DNA from: an uncultured Anaerolineales bacterium
GTDB lineage: Bacteria; Planctomycetota; Phycisphaerae; FEN-1346
Assembly: GCA_964397995.1 (NCBI GenBank)
Contig: CAYNLG010000042.1
Location: 1-30,785 of the forward strand
Length of the DNA stretch: 30,785 bases
Direction: 5' to 3'
The position numbers were made by a program, and so were the translations under genes. Shown piece by piece: positions 8,342-16,433 of the stretch (position 1 is the first letter of the stretch; each line of letters opens with the position of its first letter). The notes under the pieces were generated by a model. The model was not told the origin of the DNA, made no database searches, and saw only the letters and a program-made list of their open reading frames with translations.

Positions 8342-9145
8342 GTGCTGGCCAAGCGGATCATTCCGTGCCTGGACGTGGAGGGGGGCCGCGTCGTCAAGGG
8401 CACGCGGTTCCTGGACCTGCGGGACGCGGGCGACCCGGTCGAGGTGGCCGCCCGGTACGACCGGGACGGCGCCGACGAGCTGGTCTTCCTGGACATCACG
8501 GCCAGCCACGAGGCGCGGGACATTTTGATTGACGTGGTGGCCCGGACGGCGGAGCAGTGTTTCATGCCGCTGACGGTGGGCGGGGGCGTGCGGACGCTCC
8601 AGGACATCCGGGCGCTGCTGAATGCCGGGGCGGACAAGGTCTCGATCAACTCGGCCGCGACGCGCGACCCGGACTTTGTGCGGCGGGCGGCCGAGCGGTT
8701 CGGCAGCCAGTGCATCGTCGTGGCGATCGACCCGAAGCGCGTCCGCGAGAACGGCCGCGAGGTCTGGCGCGTCCACATCAACGGCGGCCGCGTGCCGACC
8801 GACAAGGAGGCCGTCCCGTACGCCCGGGAGGTCGAGGGCCTCGGGGCCGGCGAGATTCTCCTGACGAGCATGGACGCCGACGGGACCCGCGACGGGTACG
8901 ACCTGGAGATGACGCGGGCCGTCGCGGACGCGGTGACGATTCCGGTGATCGCGAGCGGGGGGTGCGGGTCGCCCGCGCACTGCGTCGAGGTCCTGACCGA
9001 GGGCCGGGCGGACGCGGCGCTGGCGGCAAGCATCTTCCACTACGGCCTGCACCCGATTCCCGAGGTGAAGGCGGCACTGGCCGCGGCCGGGGTCCCGGTC
9101 CGCGAGCCCTGGGCCCCCGCCGGGGCAGAAGGGGCCGCGCCCTGA
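8342..9145 (+). CDS. hisF: Imidazole glycerol phosphate synthase cyclase subunit HisF
   Basis: [54 protein letters not shown] are canonical HisF motifs. GTG start at 8342 chosen so the N-terminus is [11 protein letters not shown]; the upstream GTG at 8324 is possible. Confidence 0.9.
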   Translation: MLAKRIIPCLDVEGGRVVKGTRFLDLRDAGDPVEVAARYDRDGADELVFLDITASHEARDILIDVVARTAEQCFMPLTVGGGVRTLQDIRALLNAGADKVSINSAATRDPDFVRRAAERFGSQCIVVAIDPKRVRENGREVWRVHINGGRVPTDKEAVPYAREVEGLGAGEILLTSMDADGTRDGYDLEMTRAVADAVTIPVIASGGCGSPAHCVEVLTEGRADAALAASIFHYGLHPIPEVKAALAAAGVPVREPWAPAGAEGAAP

Positions 9146-10251
9146 ACCTCGGCGACCCCAAGGCGACGCTGGCCGGCCTCCTGGATATCGCCCTCCTGGC
9201 CAAGGCCTCGGACCTGCACCTGAAACCCGGCCAGCCGCCCATCCTGCGGGTCGAGGGCGCGGTGCGGCCGACGGAGCGGCCGGCCCTGACGGCCGAGGAG
9301 GTCGAGGCCCTGGCCACGGCCTACCTGGACGCGCGGACGCGCGGCGACCTGGAGCGGTTCGGCGGGGCGGACCTGTCGCTGGACCTGCCGGGCGGCGACC
9401 GGTTCCGCCTCAGCGTCTACCGCGAGCGGAACAAGGTCAGCCTGGCGGCGCGGCGCGTCAACCGGGCCATCCCGACCTTCGAAGAGCTCCACCTGCCGGC
9501 CGAGGTGCTTGCTCCGGTGTGCGAGCGGCGGCAGGGGCTGGTGGTCTTCTGCGGGGCGACGGGGTGCGGCAAATCGACGAGCCTGGCCGCCTGCCTCGGC
9601 CACATCAACCGGACGCGCCGTTGCCACATCGTCACCATCGAGGACCCCATCGAGCACCTCTTCGAGGACGACCAGGCGTTCGTCAGCCAGCGCGAGATCG
9701 GCACCGACGTGACGGACTTCGACACGGCCCTGAAGAGCCTGATGCGGAGCGATCCGGACGTGGTCCTGGTGGGCGAGACGCGGGACCGCATCACCTGCGA
9801 GAGCGTTCTGCGGGCGACCGAGACGGGGCACCTCGTCTTTACGACCGTCCACGCCTCCAGCGCCCCCGGGGCGGTGGCCCGCGTGATGGACCTCTTCCCG
9901 GACGAGGTCCAGGAGACGGTCCGCGCGACGCTGGCCCAGAGCCTGGAGGCGGTGGTCTGCCAGCAGCTCGTCCCCTCGTGCCGCCAGGGCGTCGCCCAAG
10001 TGCCCGCGTGCGAGGTCATGCTGGCGACACCGGCGGTGCGGAAGGCCCTCCGCGAGGCCGACGAGACGTATCTGGGCGACTTGGTCGCGGGGGGCGGCGA
10101 CCTGGGGATGCGGAGCCTGACGCAGGACCTGGCCGCCCGCGTCAAGGACGGCTGGGTGGACAGCAAGACGGCGCAGGCGCTGGCGCCGCGGCCGGAAGCG
10201 CTCAAGATGGCCCTGAGAGGCATCCAGTTCAAAGAGGGAACGGTGCGATGA
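9142..10251 (+). CDS. pilT: Type IV pilus retraction ATPase PilT/PilU family (start codon uncertain)
   Basis: ASDLHL..G.PP.LRVEG N-domain. Walker [10 protein letters not shown]. Asp box and Walker [13 protein letters not shown]. His box [11 protein letters not shown]. Frame opens right at the hisF stop. No ATG/GTG/TTG occurs before the conserved N-terminus, so CTG at 9142 is used as a nominal start. Confidence 0.8.
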   Translation: MNLGDPKATLAGLLDIALLAKASDLHLKPGQPPILRVEGAVRPTERPALTAEEVEALATAYLDARTRGDLERFGGADLSLDLPGGDRFRLSVYRERNKVSLAARRVNRAIPTFEELHLPAEVLAPVCERRQGLVVFCGATGCGKSTSLAACLGHINRTRRCHIVTIEDPIEHLFEDDQAFVSQREIGTDVTDFDTALKSLMRSDPDVVLVGETRDRITCESVLRATETGHLVFTTVHASSAPGAVARVMDLFPDEVQETVRATLAQSLEAVVCQQLVPSCRQGVAQVPACEVMLATPAVRKALREADETYLGDLVAGGGDLGMRSLTQDLAARVKDGWVDSKTAQALAPRPEALKMALRGIQFKEGTVR

Positions 10252-12023
10252 GCATGACGCGACGCGACGCGCGGCGCGGCCGGCCCGGCCGCGCGGCCGC
10301 GCGATGGGCCGCCCGGCTGGCGGCGGCGACGGCGGTGGCGGCGTGGGGGGTCCCGGCGGCGGCGTCGGGGTTCGAGCGGCCGAGGCTGGCCGACGCGGGG
10401 CAGTGGGGGGCCGGGCCGGTCCAGCTCGTCCTCGTCCTCCTCCTCGCCATGGCCGCCTTCCTCATGGTCAACTGGGCCCTGAAGGACATCCGCCGGGTGC
10501 GGACGGAGCCGGGGCGGTGGGCGGCCCTCGTGCTTGCCGGGGCGGTGCTCGGCCCGGCCACGGCGCTGCTCGTGCCGAGCTTCTACGCGGGCTTCCCGCT
10601 CGGCGTGGTCGTGACCGCCGGGGCCGGCTTCATCTACGCCCTCCACCGCAACGGCCAGGTCCCCGCCGCCCAGCGCGTCCTCACGGGCGCCCACGTCGAG
10701 CGGGTCAAGCGGCGGCTGCGCGGCGAGGCGGCGGAGGAGCCGACGCGCGGCCCGGTGATCGGCGTCGGCCGCGACATCATCTTCCTCGACCAGGCCGACC
10801 TGCCCATCAAGCTCGAGGCCCTCACCGACGCCGAACGCGAGGGCTACGAGCAGACCGAACGCGTCCTGTACGACGCCATCGTCCGCCAGTCTCAGATCGT
10901 CGGCGTCCTCGTCCGGCGCCAGGGCGCCCAGGTCCGGTTCCGGGCGGGCGGCCAGGTAATCGAGGGCGGCGACGTGGCGCACCCGGCGGCGGAGTTCCTG
11001 GCGGCGGGTCTGAAGCGGCTGGCGAACCTGAACCCCGCCGAGACCCGCAAGCCCCAGGAAGGCCGCTTCCGCGCCGTCGTCGCCGGCCAGACCTTCGAGT
11101 GCCGCGTCAAGACCGCCGGGTCGGTGCGCGGCGAGCAGGTGTCGGTCCGCATCATCGACCCCCTCACCAGCCGCATGGCCCTGGAGGACCTCGGCCTAAA
11201 TGCCGGGCAATTGGGGGCGGTGAAGGCGGCCCTGGAGGCCAAGCCCGGCATCGTGGTCGTCTCGAGCCCGAAGAACGGCGGCCTGACGACGACGCTGCAC
11301 GCCTGCCTCCGCCACTACGACCGGTACATGAACAACGTGGTCTGCTTCGATCCGCACGTGGACCTGGAGGTGGAGAGTGTGCGGCACGTGGGGCTGAACC
11401 AGGAGGAGGGGGAGGCGGCAGCGCGGCAGGTGCGGGAGGCGGTGCTGGCAGAGGCGGACGTGGTGGCGGTGGACTCGCTGTCGTCGCCAGAGGTGGGGCG
11501 CGTCCTTGCCGACGCCGCCGCCGACCGCCGCATCCTCATCGGCCTCCGCGCGAGCGACGCCGGCCAGGCCCTCGCGCGCGTCGCCCAGCTCCTGGGCGCG
11601 GCCGCGCCCCTGGCGGGGGCGCTCCGCCTCGTGGTGAACCAGCGCCTGGTCCGCCTGCTGTGCGACGAGTGCAAGGAAGGCTACCGGCCGAACCCGGAGT
11701 TCCTCCGCAAGGCCAACCTGGCCAGCCAGAAGGTGGACGTCCTCTACCGGCCGCCCAAGCTCCAGACCGACGAGAAGGGCCGCCCCGTCGTCTGCCCCGT
11801 CTGCCACAACGTCCGGTTCCGCGGACAGACGGGCCTTTTTGAGGTGATGGACGTGGATGAGGCGGCGCGGCAGCTGATCGGTGCCGGCGCGTCGGTGTCG
11901 GACGTGCGGACCCACGCCCGCAAGGGCGGCATGCGGAACCTCCAGGAGGAAGGGCTGCGGCTGGTGATCGAGGGCCGCACCGCCATCGAGGAAGTCCTCC
12001 GGGCCATCAAGCAGTCCCAGTAG
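10248..12023 (+). CDS. Membrane-anchored GspE/PilB-family secretion ATPase homolog with degenerate catalytic motifs (predicted pseudo-ATPase)
   Basis: ATG 10248 overlaps the pilT stop (ATGA), with AGAGGGAA RBS. Two N-terminal TM helices. GspE N2-domain signature PQEGRFR..ECRVKT...GEQVSVRIID. C-terminal tetracysteine CDEC..CPVC retained. Walker A reads SSPKNGGLTTT with no conserved Lys. Walker B region reads EADVVAVDSLSS with no catalytic Glu. The His box reads ADRRILIGLRASD with no His. Confidence 0.7.
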   Translation: MSMTRRDARRGRPGRAAARWAARLAAATAVAAWGVPAAASGFERPRLADAGQWGAGPVQLVLVLLLAMAAFLMVNWALKDIRRVRTEPGRWAALVLAGAVLGPATALLVPSFYAGFPLGVVVTAGAGFIYALHRNGQVPAAQRVLTGAHVERVKRRLRGEAAEEPTRGPVIGVGRDIIFLDQADLPIKLEALTDAEREGYEQTERVLYDAIVRQSQIVGVLVRRQGAQVRFRAGGQVIEGGDVAHPAAEFLAAGLKRLANLNPAETRKPQEGRFRAVVAGQTFECRVKTAGSVRGEQVSVRIIDPLTSRMALEDLGLNAGQLGAVKAALEAKPGIVVVSSPKNGGLTTTLHACLRHYDRYMNNVVCFDPHVDLEVESVRHVGLNQEEGEAAARQVREAVLAEADVVAVDSLSSPEVGRVLADAAADRRILIGLRASDAGQALARVAQLLGAAAPLAGALRLVVNQRLVRLLCDECKEGYRPNPEFLRKANLASQKVDVLYRPPKLQTDEKGRPVVCPVCHNVRFRGQTGLFEVMDVDEAARQLIGAGASVSDVRTHARKGGMRNLQEEGLRLVIEGRTAIEEVLRAIKQSQ

Positions 12024-12032
12024 GGGAGCGCT

Positions 12033-13367
12033 ATGCTGATCGTCAACGTCCTGGCCTTGGGGGCCACGCTGGCCGTCGCCTACCTGCTGAGCGGGCAGGG
12101 CCTGTACCGGGCGGCCCTGACGCTGGTGGCGTGCCTGGTGGCCCTGGCGGCCGCGTTCGGCCTGGCGGGCCCGGTCTCGGACATGATCGGGGCGGACCGG
12201 CCGGACACGAGCATGGGGTTCTCTGGCGATGCCCTGGCCCTGTGGGCCCTGTTCGCGGTCGTCTTCCTGGCCCTGCGCACCCTGGGCGACGTCTTTCTGC
12301 CGGAGGAGCCGGCCTTTCCGGACAGCGTCAAGCGCATCGGCGGGGGCGTCCTGGGCCTGCCGGTGGGGTACCTGTGCACGGGCCTGGCGCTGGTGCTGAT
12401 CCAGATGCTCCCCACCCCGCCGCGCGTCCTCGGCGGGTACGCCCCGTTCCGCCTGAAGAGCGTGATGCGGGCCGACGGTAGCCGCGTGACCGAGGTCCTG
12501 CCGGACGAGCCGCTCTGGCTGCAGTGGGACCGGGGGGTGCTGGTCCTGGCGCAGCAGATGACGGCGGCGCTGGGGGGCGACGAGGGCGGCTGGTTCGGGC
12601 GGTACGGGGACGTGTACCCGCCGGACGAGATGCGGGCCGCCCCCCCGGCGGCGGCGGAGGGCGAGGCCGGCGAAGAGGCGGCCGCGGCCCCGCGGGGCCG
12701 CGTGCGCCATCGCCTCGGCGAGGGCGAGGTGGACGTCAACGACGCCCTCTACTACCACTGGTACCGACGATGGGACTACATTCGGTGGCGCGTCGATCAG
12801 TATGACGGCCCCGTCCTGAGCGAGGCCGACCGCGAGGCCCGCCTGCCGGGGATGGGCCTGGCGCGCGGGCGGCGGGGCACGCTCGAGGGCCTCGACCTCC
12901 GCGTCGACAAGGCCTTCACGGAGCCCGCGCTGGCCCTGTTCGACGAACTCCGTCTCGACGAGAACCAGGAGCTGATGATCGTCGACCTGCGGTTCGAGCC
13001 CGACGAGGAAGTCTACACCTTCCCCGTCAAGGTCGAGAGCAAGCACTTCCTGCTGACGGGCCTTTCGGGCAAGCCCGTCTACGCCAACCCGTTCATCCGC
13101 CAGCGGGCGAAGCAGCGGCGCGGCGAAAAGGAGCTGATGCGGTCGCGGTCCGACCCGGACCTCGCGCCGGTGAACCTCCGCTACGGTTTCAAGGAGGAGA
13201 CGTCGCGCTACGGCGAAGGGCTGATGGACGCGGCCACGTGGACGTTCACCTCCGGCCGCCAGTCCGAGACGACGGACCTGATCTTCGTGGTGCCCAAGGG
13301 GACAGACCCGGACGAGCTTCGCCTGGATGTGGAGCAGGCCCCCGCCGGGGCCCCGGGGGGAGTTTAG
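12033..13367 (+). CDS. CvpA-family membrane protein fused to a ~290-aa C-terminal domain of unknown function
   Basis: ATG 12033 with GGGGAG RBS, 9 nt after the upstream stop. N-terminal 4-TM region resembles CvpA (MLIVNVLALGATLAVAYLL..., multiple helices to ~aa 150). The remainder is soluble and unrecognised (W/Y/R-rich YYHWYRRWDYIRWRVDQYDG segment). Confidence 0.6.
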   Translation: MLIVNVLALGATLAVAYLLSGQGLYRAALTLVACLVALAAAFGLAGPVSDMIGADRPDTSMGFSGDALALWALFAVVFLALRTLGDVFLPEEPAFPDSVKRIGGGVLGLPVGYLCTGLALVLIQMLPTPPRVLGGYAPFRLKSVMRADGSRVTEVLPDEPLWLQWDRGVLVLAQQMTAALGGDEGGWFGRYGDVYPPDEMRAAPPAAAEGEAGEEAAAAPRGRVRHRLGEGEVDVNDALYYHWYRRWDYIRWRVDQYDGPVLSEADREARLPGMGLARGRRGTLEGLDLRVDKAFTEPALALFDELRLDENQELMIVDLRFEPDEEVYTFPVKVESKHFLLTGLSGKPVYANPFIRQRAKQRRGEKELMRSRSDPDLAPVNLRYGFKEETSRYGEGLMDAATWTFTSGRQSETTDLIFVVPKGTDPDELRLDVEQAPAGAPGGV

Positions 13368-13401
13368 TATCCTGTCCCCGAAACTCGACGGAGGAGAGCC
13401 G

Positions 13402-14055
13402 ATGATCCAGTGGTGGAACGGCCTGACCGTCCTGAACCAGGTCTTCTTCGGGGTGGCGGGGTTCTTTACGCTGATCTTCCTGTACCAGGCGATCATGACG
13501 CTGATCGGCCTGGCGGGCTCGGGCGGCGACGCCGAGATGGGCGAGGGCGACTTCGCCGTCGATGCCGACGCCGCCGACGCCGACCTGGACGTGGCCGCCG
13601 ACGCCGGCGAGGTCGACGCCGAGGCCGCCGCCGACCAGGTCACCGGCACCAGCTTCCGGCTCTTCTCGTTCCGGTCGATCGTCGCCTTCGGCATGATGTT
13701 CGGCTGGGCGGGCGGCCTGTACATGCACGAGGGCACCCCCGCCGGCCGCGCCATCATCTACGCCCTCCTCTGGGCCGCCGCCGGCGCCCTGGTGGTGTCG
13801 CTGCTGCTGTACCTGATGCGGCGAATGACTGAGACGGGGACGCCGGTGCTGGCGAGCTGTGTCGGCCGGCCCGCGACGGTCTACATGAACATCCCGGCCA
13901 AGGGGGCCGGGCAGGTCCGCACGGTCGTCTCGGGGGCGGTCAGCCACGTGCCCGCCCGGTCGGCGGGTGGCAAGGCGCTCGAGGCGGGGACGCCCGTCCG
14001 CGTTCGCCGCCTCCTCGACCCGCACACCGTCGAGGTCGAGAGGCTCGACGCCTGA
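13402..14055 (+). CDS. NfeD-family membrane protein (short YuaF-like form) with acidic low-complexity insert
   Basis: ATG 13402 with GGAGGAG RBS. TM helix, a D/A/E-rich insert, two more TM helices, and a C-terminal OB-fold-like segment (GRPATVYMNIPAKGAGQVRTVVSGAVSHVPARSAGGKALEAGTPVRVRRL) typical of NfeD. Immediately upstream of flotillin, as in yuaF-floT operons. Confidence 0.7.
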   Translation: MIQWWNGLTVLNQVFFGVAGFFTLIFLYQAIMTLIGLAGSGGDAEMGEGDFAVDADAADADLDVAADAGEVDAEAAADQVTGTSFRLFSFRSIVAFGMMFGWAGGLYMHEGTPAGRAIIYALLWAAAGALVVSLLLYLMRRMTETGTPVLASCVGRPATVYMNIPAKGAGQVRTVVSGAVSHVPARSAGGKALEAGTPVRVRRLLDPHTVEVERLDA

Positions 14056-14088
14056 TCCCTGGTGCCGCACCCAGCAAAGGAGACGCGC

Positions 14089-15621
14089 ATGGCTTCGGTT
14101 CCGGCGGTTGTGACGGCGATGGCGGTGCCCGGCATGGACGACGGGTTCCCGACCGGCCTTGTCCTACTGGTCCTGCTGCTGGTCATCGTCCTGTTCCTCT
14201 TGATCTTCATCGCGCGGGTCTACCGTCGGTGCCCGTCGAACAAGGTGCTCGTCATCTACGGGAAGACGGGGAAGGGGGCGGCCAAGTGCATCCACGGGGG
14301 GGCGGCCATCGTGTGGCCGCTTATCCAGGCCTGCCGGTATCTGGACCTGGAGCCGTTCGTGGTGCCGATCGACCTGAAGTCGGCCCTGTCGCAGGAAAAC
14401 ATCCGCGTGTCGGTGCCGACGACCGTGACGGCGGCCATCTCGAACGAGCCGGCCCTGATGACCAACGCGGCCTACCGCCTCCTGGCGATGAGCCGCGAGG
14501 AGATCGAGCGCCAGGCCGAGGACATCATCCTCGGGCAGATGCGTGCGGTCATCGCGACGATGAAGATCGAGGAGATCAACCGCGACCGGCAGGCCTTCAT
14601 GAGCAAGGTCAACGAGGCGGTCTCGGGCGAGCTCGAGAAGATCGGCCTGGCGGTCATCAACGTCAACATCAAGGACATCACGGACGAGAGCGGCTACATC
14701 GAGGCCATCGGCCGCAAGGCCGCCGCCGAGGTCATCAACCAGGCCGAGATCGACGTGGCCGAGCAGGAACGGCGCGGCAAGACGGGCGTGGCGGAGCGGG
14801 AGCGTGATCGGCGCAAGGCCGTGTCGGCCGCCAACGCCGAGGCCACCATCGGCGAGGCCAGCGCCGACCGCGACCGCCGCCGCCAGGTTGCCGGCCTCGA
14901 CGCCGAGGCCGTCGAAGCCGAGGCCGTCGCGAACGCCAAGAAGGCCCAGTACGTGGCGGGCCAGCGGGTGGCGGAGCAGGAGGCGCGCGAGAAGAGCGAG
15001 TCGGCCTCCCGCGAGGCCGACGGCGGCATCCGCGTGGCCGAGGAGAACGCCCAGCGCGAGGCCGAGCTCGCCCGGGCCCAGCGCGAGGAGGCCCGCCTCC
15101 GGGCCGAGCGCATCGTCCCGGCCGAGGCCGAGCGCGAGCAGATCGTCATCCAGTCCGACGCCGAGAAGCAGAAACGCCAGCTCGTGGCCGAGGGCGAGGC
15201 CAACGCCGTCCTCGCTCGCATGCGGGCCGAGGCCGAGGGCACCCAGGCCGTCCTCCAAGCCAAGGCCGACGGCTACCGGGCCCTGGTCGAGGGCGCGGCC
15301 CGCGACCCGAAGGCGGCCGCCAGCCTGCTGATCATCGAGAAGTTCGAGGCGATCGCCCGGGTCCAGGCCCAGGCGATCCAGAACCTGCCGCTGGAGAAGG
15401 TCATCGTCTGGGACGGGGGCTCCGGGGCCGGCGGCGACGGGGGTCTGGCGGGCCTCGGCCGCCGCCTCATGGGCACCCTCCCGCCGATGCACCACCTGGC
15501 CAGCATGGTGGGCCTGGATCTGCCGGACTACCTGGGCAGCGTGCACGGGAGCGGGAGCGGCGGAAGCCATCCGCCCGCGCCGCCGGCGCCTCGCCGCGAC
15601 ACGCCGGAGGGCGGGGCCTGA
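14089..15621 (+). CDS. Flotillin-family SPFH-domain protein (FloT/YuaG-like)
   Basis: ATG 14089 with AAGGAG RBS. N-terminal TM helix. SPFH domain (VLVIYGKTGKG..IVWPLIQ..LDLEP). Long E/A/R-rich coiled-coil region. Gly-rich C-terminus. Confidence 0.85.
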   Translation: MASVPAVVTAMAVPGMDDGFPTGLVLLVLLLVIVLFLLIFIARVYRRCPSNKVLVIYGKTGKGAAKCIHGGAAIVWPLIQACRYLDLEPFVVPIDLKSALSQENIRVSVPTTVTAAISNEPALMTNAAYRLLAMSREEIERQAEDIILGQMRAVIATMKIEEINRDRQAFMSKVNEAVSGELEKIGLAVINVNIKDITDESGYIEAIGRKAAAEVINQAEIDVAEQERRGKTGVAERERDRRKAVSAANAEATIGEASADRDRRRQVAGLDAEAVEAEAVANAKKAQYVAGQRVAEQEAREKSESASREADGGIRVAEENAQREAELARAQREEARLRAERIVPAEAEREQIVIQSDAEKQKRQLVAEGEANAVLARMRAEAEGTQAVLQAKADGYRALVEGAARDPKAAASLLIIEKFEAIARVQAQAIQNLPLEKVIVWDGGSGAGGDGGLAGLGRRLMGTLPPMHHLASMVGLDLPDYLGSVHGSGSGGSHPPAPPAPRRDTPEGGA

Positions 15622-15689
15622 CCGCCGACCCCTCCGAGAGCAGGCCATCCGGCCCGGGCCCCGCGGGGTGCCGGGCCGGCCCCTTGCGC

Positions 15690-15719
15690 TTGCACGGTGT
15701 GCGCGGCCGCGCTAGAATG
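15690..15719 (+). promoter_or_regulatory. Promoter candidate: TTGCAC, 18-nt spacer, TAGAAT
   Basis: Same cTAGAATgg element as at 1240. Lies 35 nt upstream of the 15755 start. Confidence 0.45.
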
Positions 15720-15754
15720 GGCGGCGCCGTTCAGCCCTCAGGGGAGCCGCCGGC

Positions 15755-16402
15755 ATGGTCACCGCATCTGCGCCGCCCCGTCCCGCGCCGGTGCCGCTTG
15801 CGCCCGCGCCGACGCCGCCCGTGCTTCGCGCCCCGACCGGCTCGGGGAACCTGGAAGAGGACCTGCCGCTGCCGGCGCGGATCCTCTCGCCGTCGCTGCT
15901 GCTGCCGGGCGAGGCGGTGCTCTTCGAGCTGAAGCCGAGCCTGTGGTACGCCTTCTTCGTGAGCCTGGCGGTGGCGGCCCCGGGGGCGCTGGTGATGGTG
16001 CTGGCGTACTCGATCGACGTGTTGCCGGAGACGGTGCGGCACTGGGGCGCGGTGCTGGGCGTGTGGGGCGTCGGCCTGGGGTCGGCCTTGGGGCTGCTGG
16101 TGTGGCTGGGGCGGACGTACGTGCTGACGGACCGGCGGGTGCTTAAGCAGAAAGGCCTGCTGAACGTGCAGGTGGAGTGGCTGGGCCTGGAGCACGTGGA
16201 GGCGACGTTCGTGGCGCAGTCGGCGGTGACGCGGCCGCTGGGGCTGGGGACGCTGATCTTCGCCCCGGACGGGCACGGCAACCGGCCGCACCGGCTGACG
16301 TGGGAGTTCGTCCGGCGCCCGAAGGAGGTCCACGGCCACGTGGTCGCCCAGATCGACCGGTGGAAACGGGCCCTGGATGCCGCGAGCGGCAAGGGCGATT
16401 GA
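15755..16402 (+). CDS. Bacterial PH-domain (bPH_2 / YdbS-like) membrane-flanked protein
   Basis: Pro/Ala-rich N-terminus. Two TM helices. Then the YdbS-like motif RTYVLTDRRVLKQKGLLNVQVEWLGLEHVEATFV..LGLGTLIF characteristic of bPH_2 domains. Confidence 0.65.
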   Translation: MVTASAPPRPAPVPLAPAPTPPVLRAPTGSGNLEEDLPLPARILSPSLLLPGEAVLFELKPSLWYAFFVSLAVAAPGALVMVLAYSIDVLPETVRHWGAVLGVWGVGLGSALGLLVWLGRTYVLTDRRVLKQKGLLNVQVEWLGLEHVEATFVAQSAVTRPLGLGTLIFAPDGHGNRPHRLTWEFVRRPKEVHGHVVAQIDRWKRALDAASGKGD

Positions 16403-16433
16403 TTCGCCGCGAGGCGCCCGGTATTCTCGGGCC

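Noticed and set aside
7391-9052. 553-aa minus ORF and the 252-aa plus ORF over DUF1080/hisF
   Set aside because: Antisense or off-frame to hisF and DUF1080, with no domain signatures.
8557-9141. N-terminal 195-codon extension of the pilT ORF back to an ATG at 8557
   Set aside because: Arg/Gly-rich, overlaps hisF out of frame, and is not part of PilT family proteins. The real N-terminus begins near 9142, although that start codon is non-canonical.
11196-13757. 853-aa minus-strand ORF over the GspE-like/CvpA genes, and the 512-aa plus ORF 10304-11842
   Set aside because: Off-frame GC artefacts. The sense frames carry GspE N2 and Zn-finger motifs and CvpA TM helices.
15622-15689. GC palindromes (ccggcccgg...ccgggccgg, ccccgcgggg) after the flotillin gene as a terminator
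   Set aside because: Stable hairpins are possible, but no following U-run. Such palindromes are common in high-GC DNA, so not called as an intrinsic terminator.
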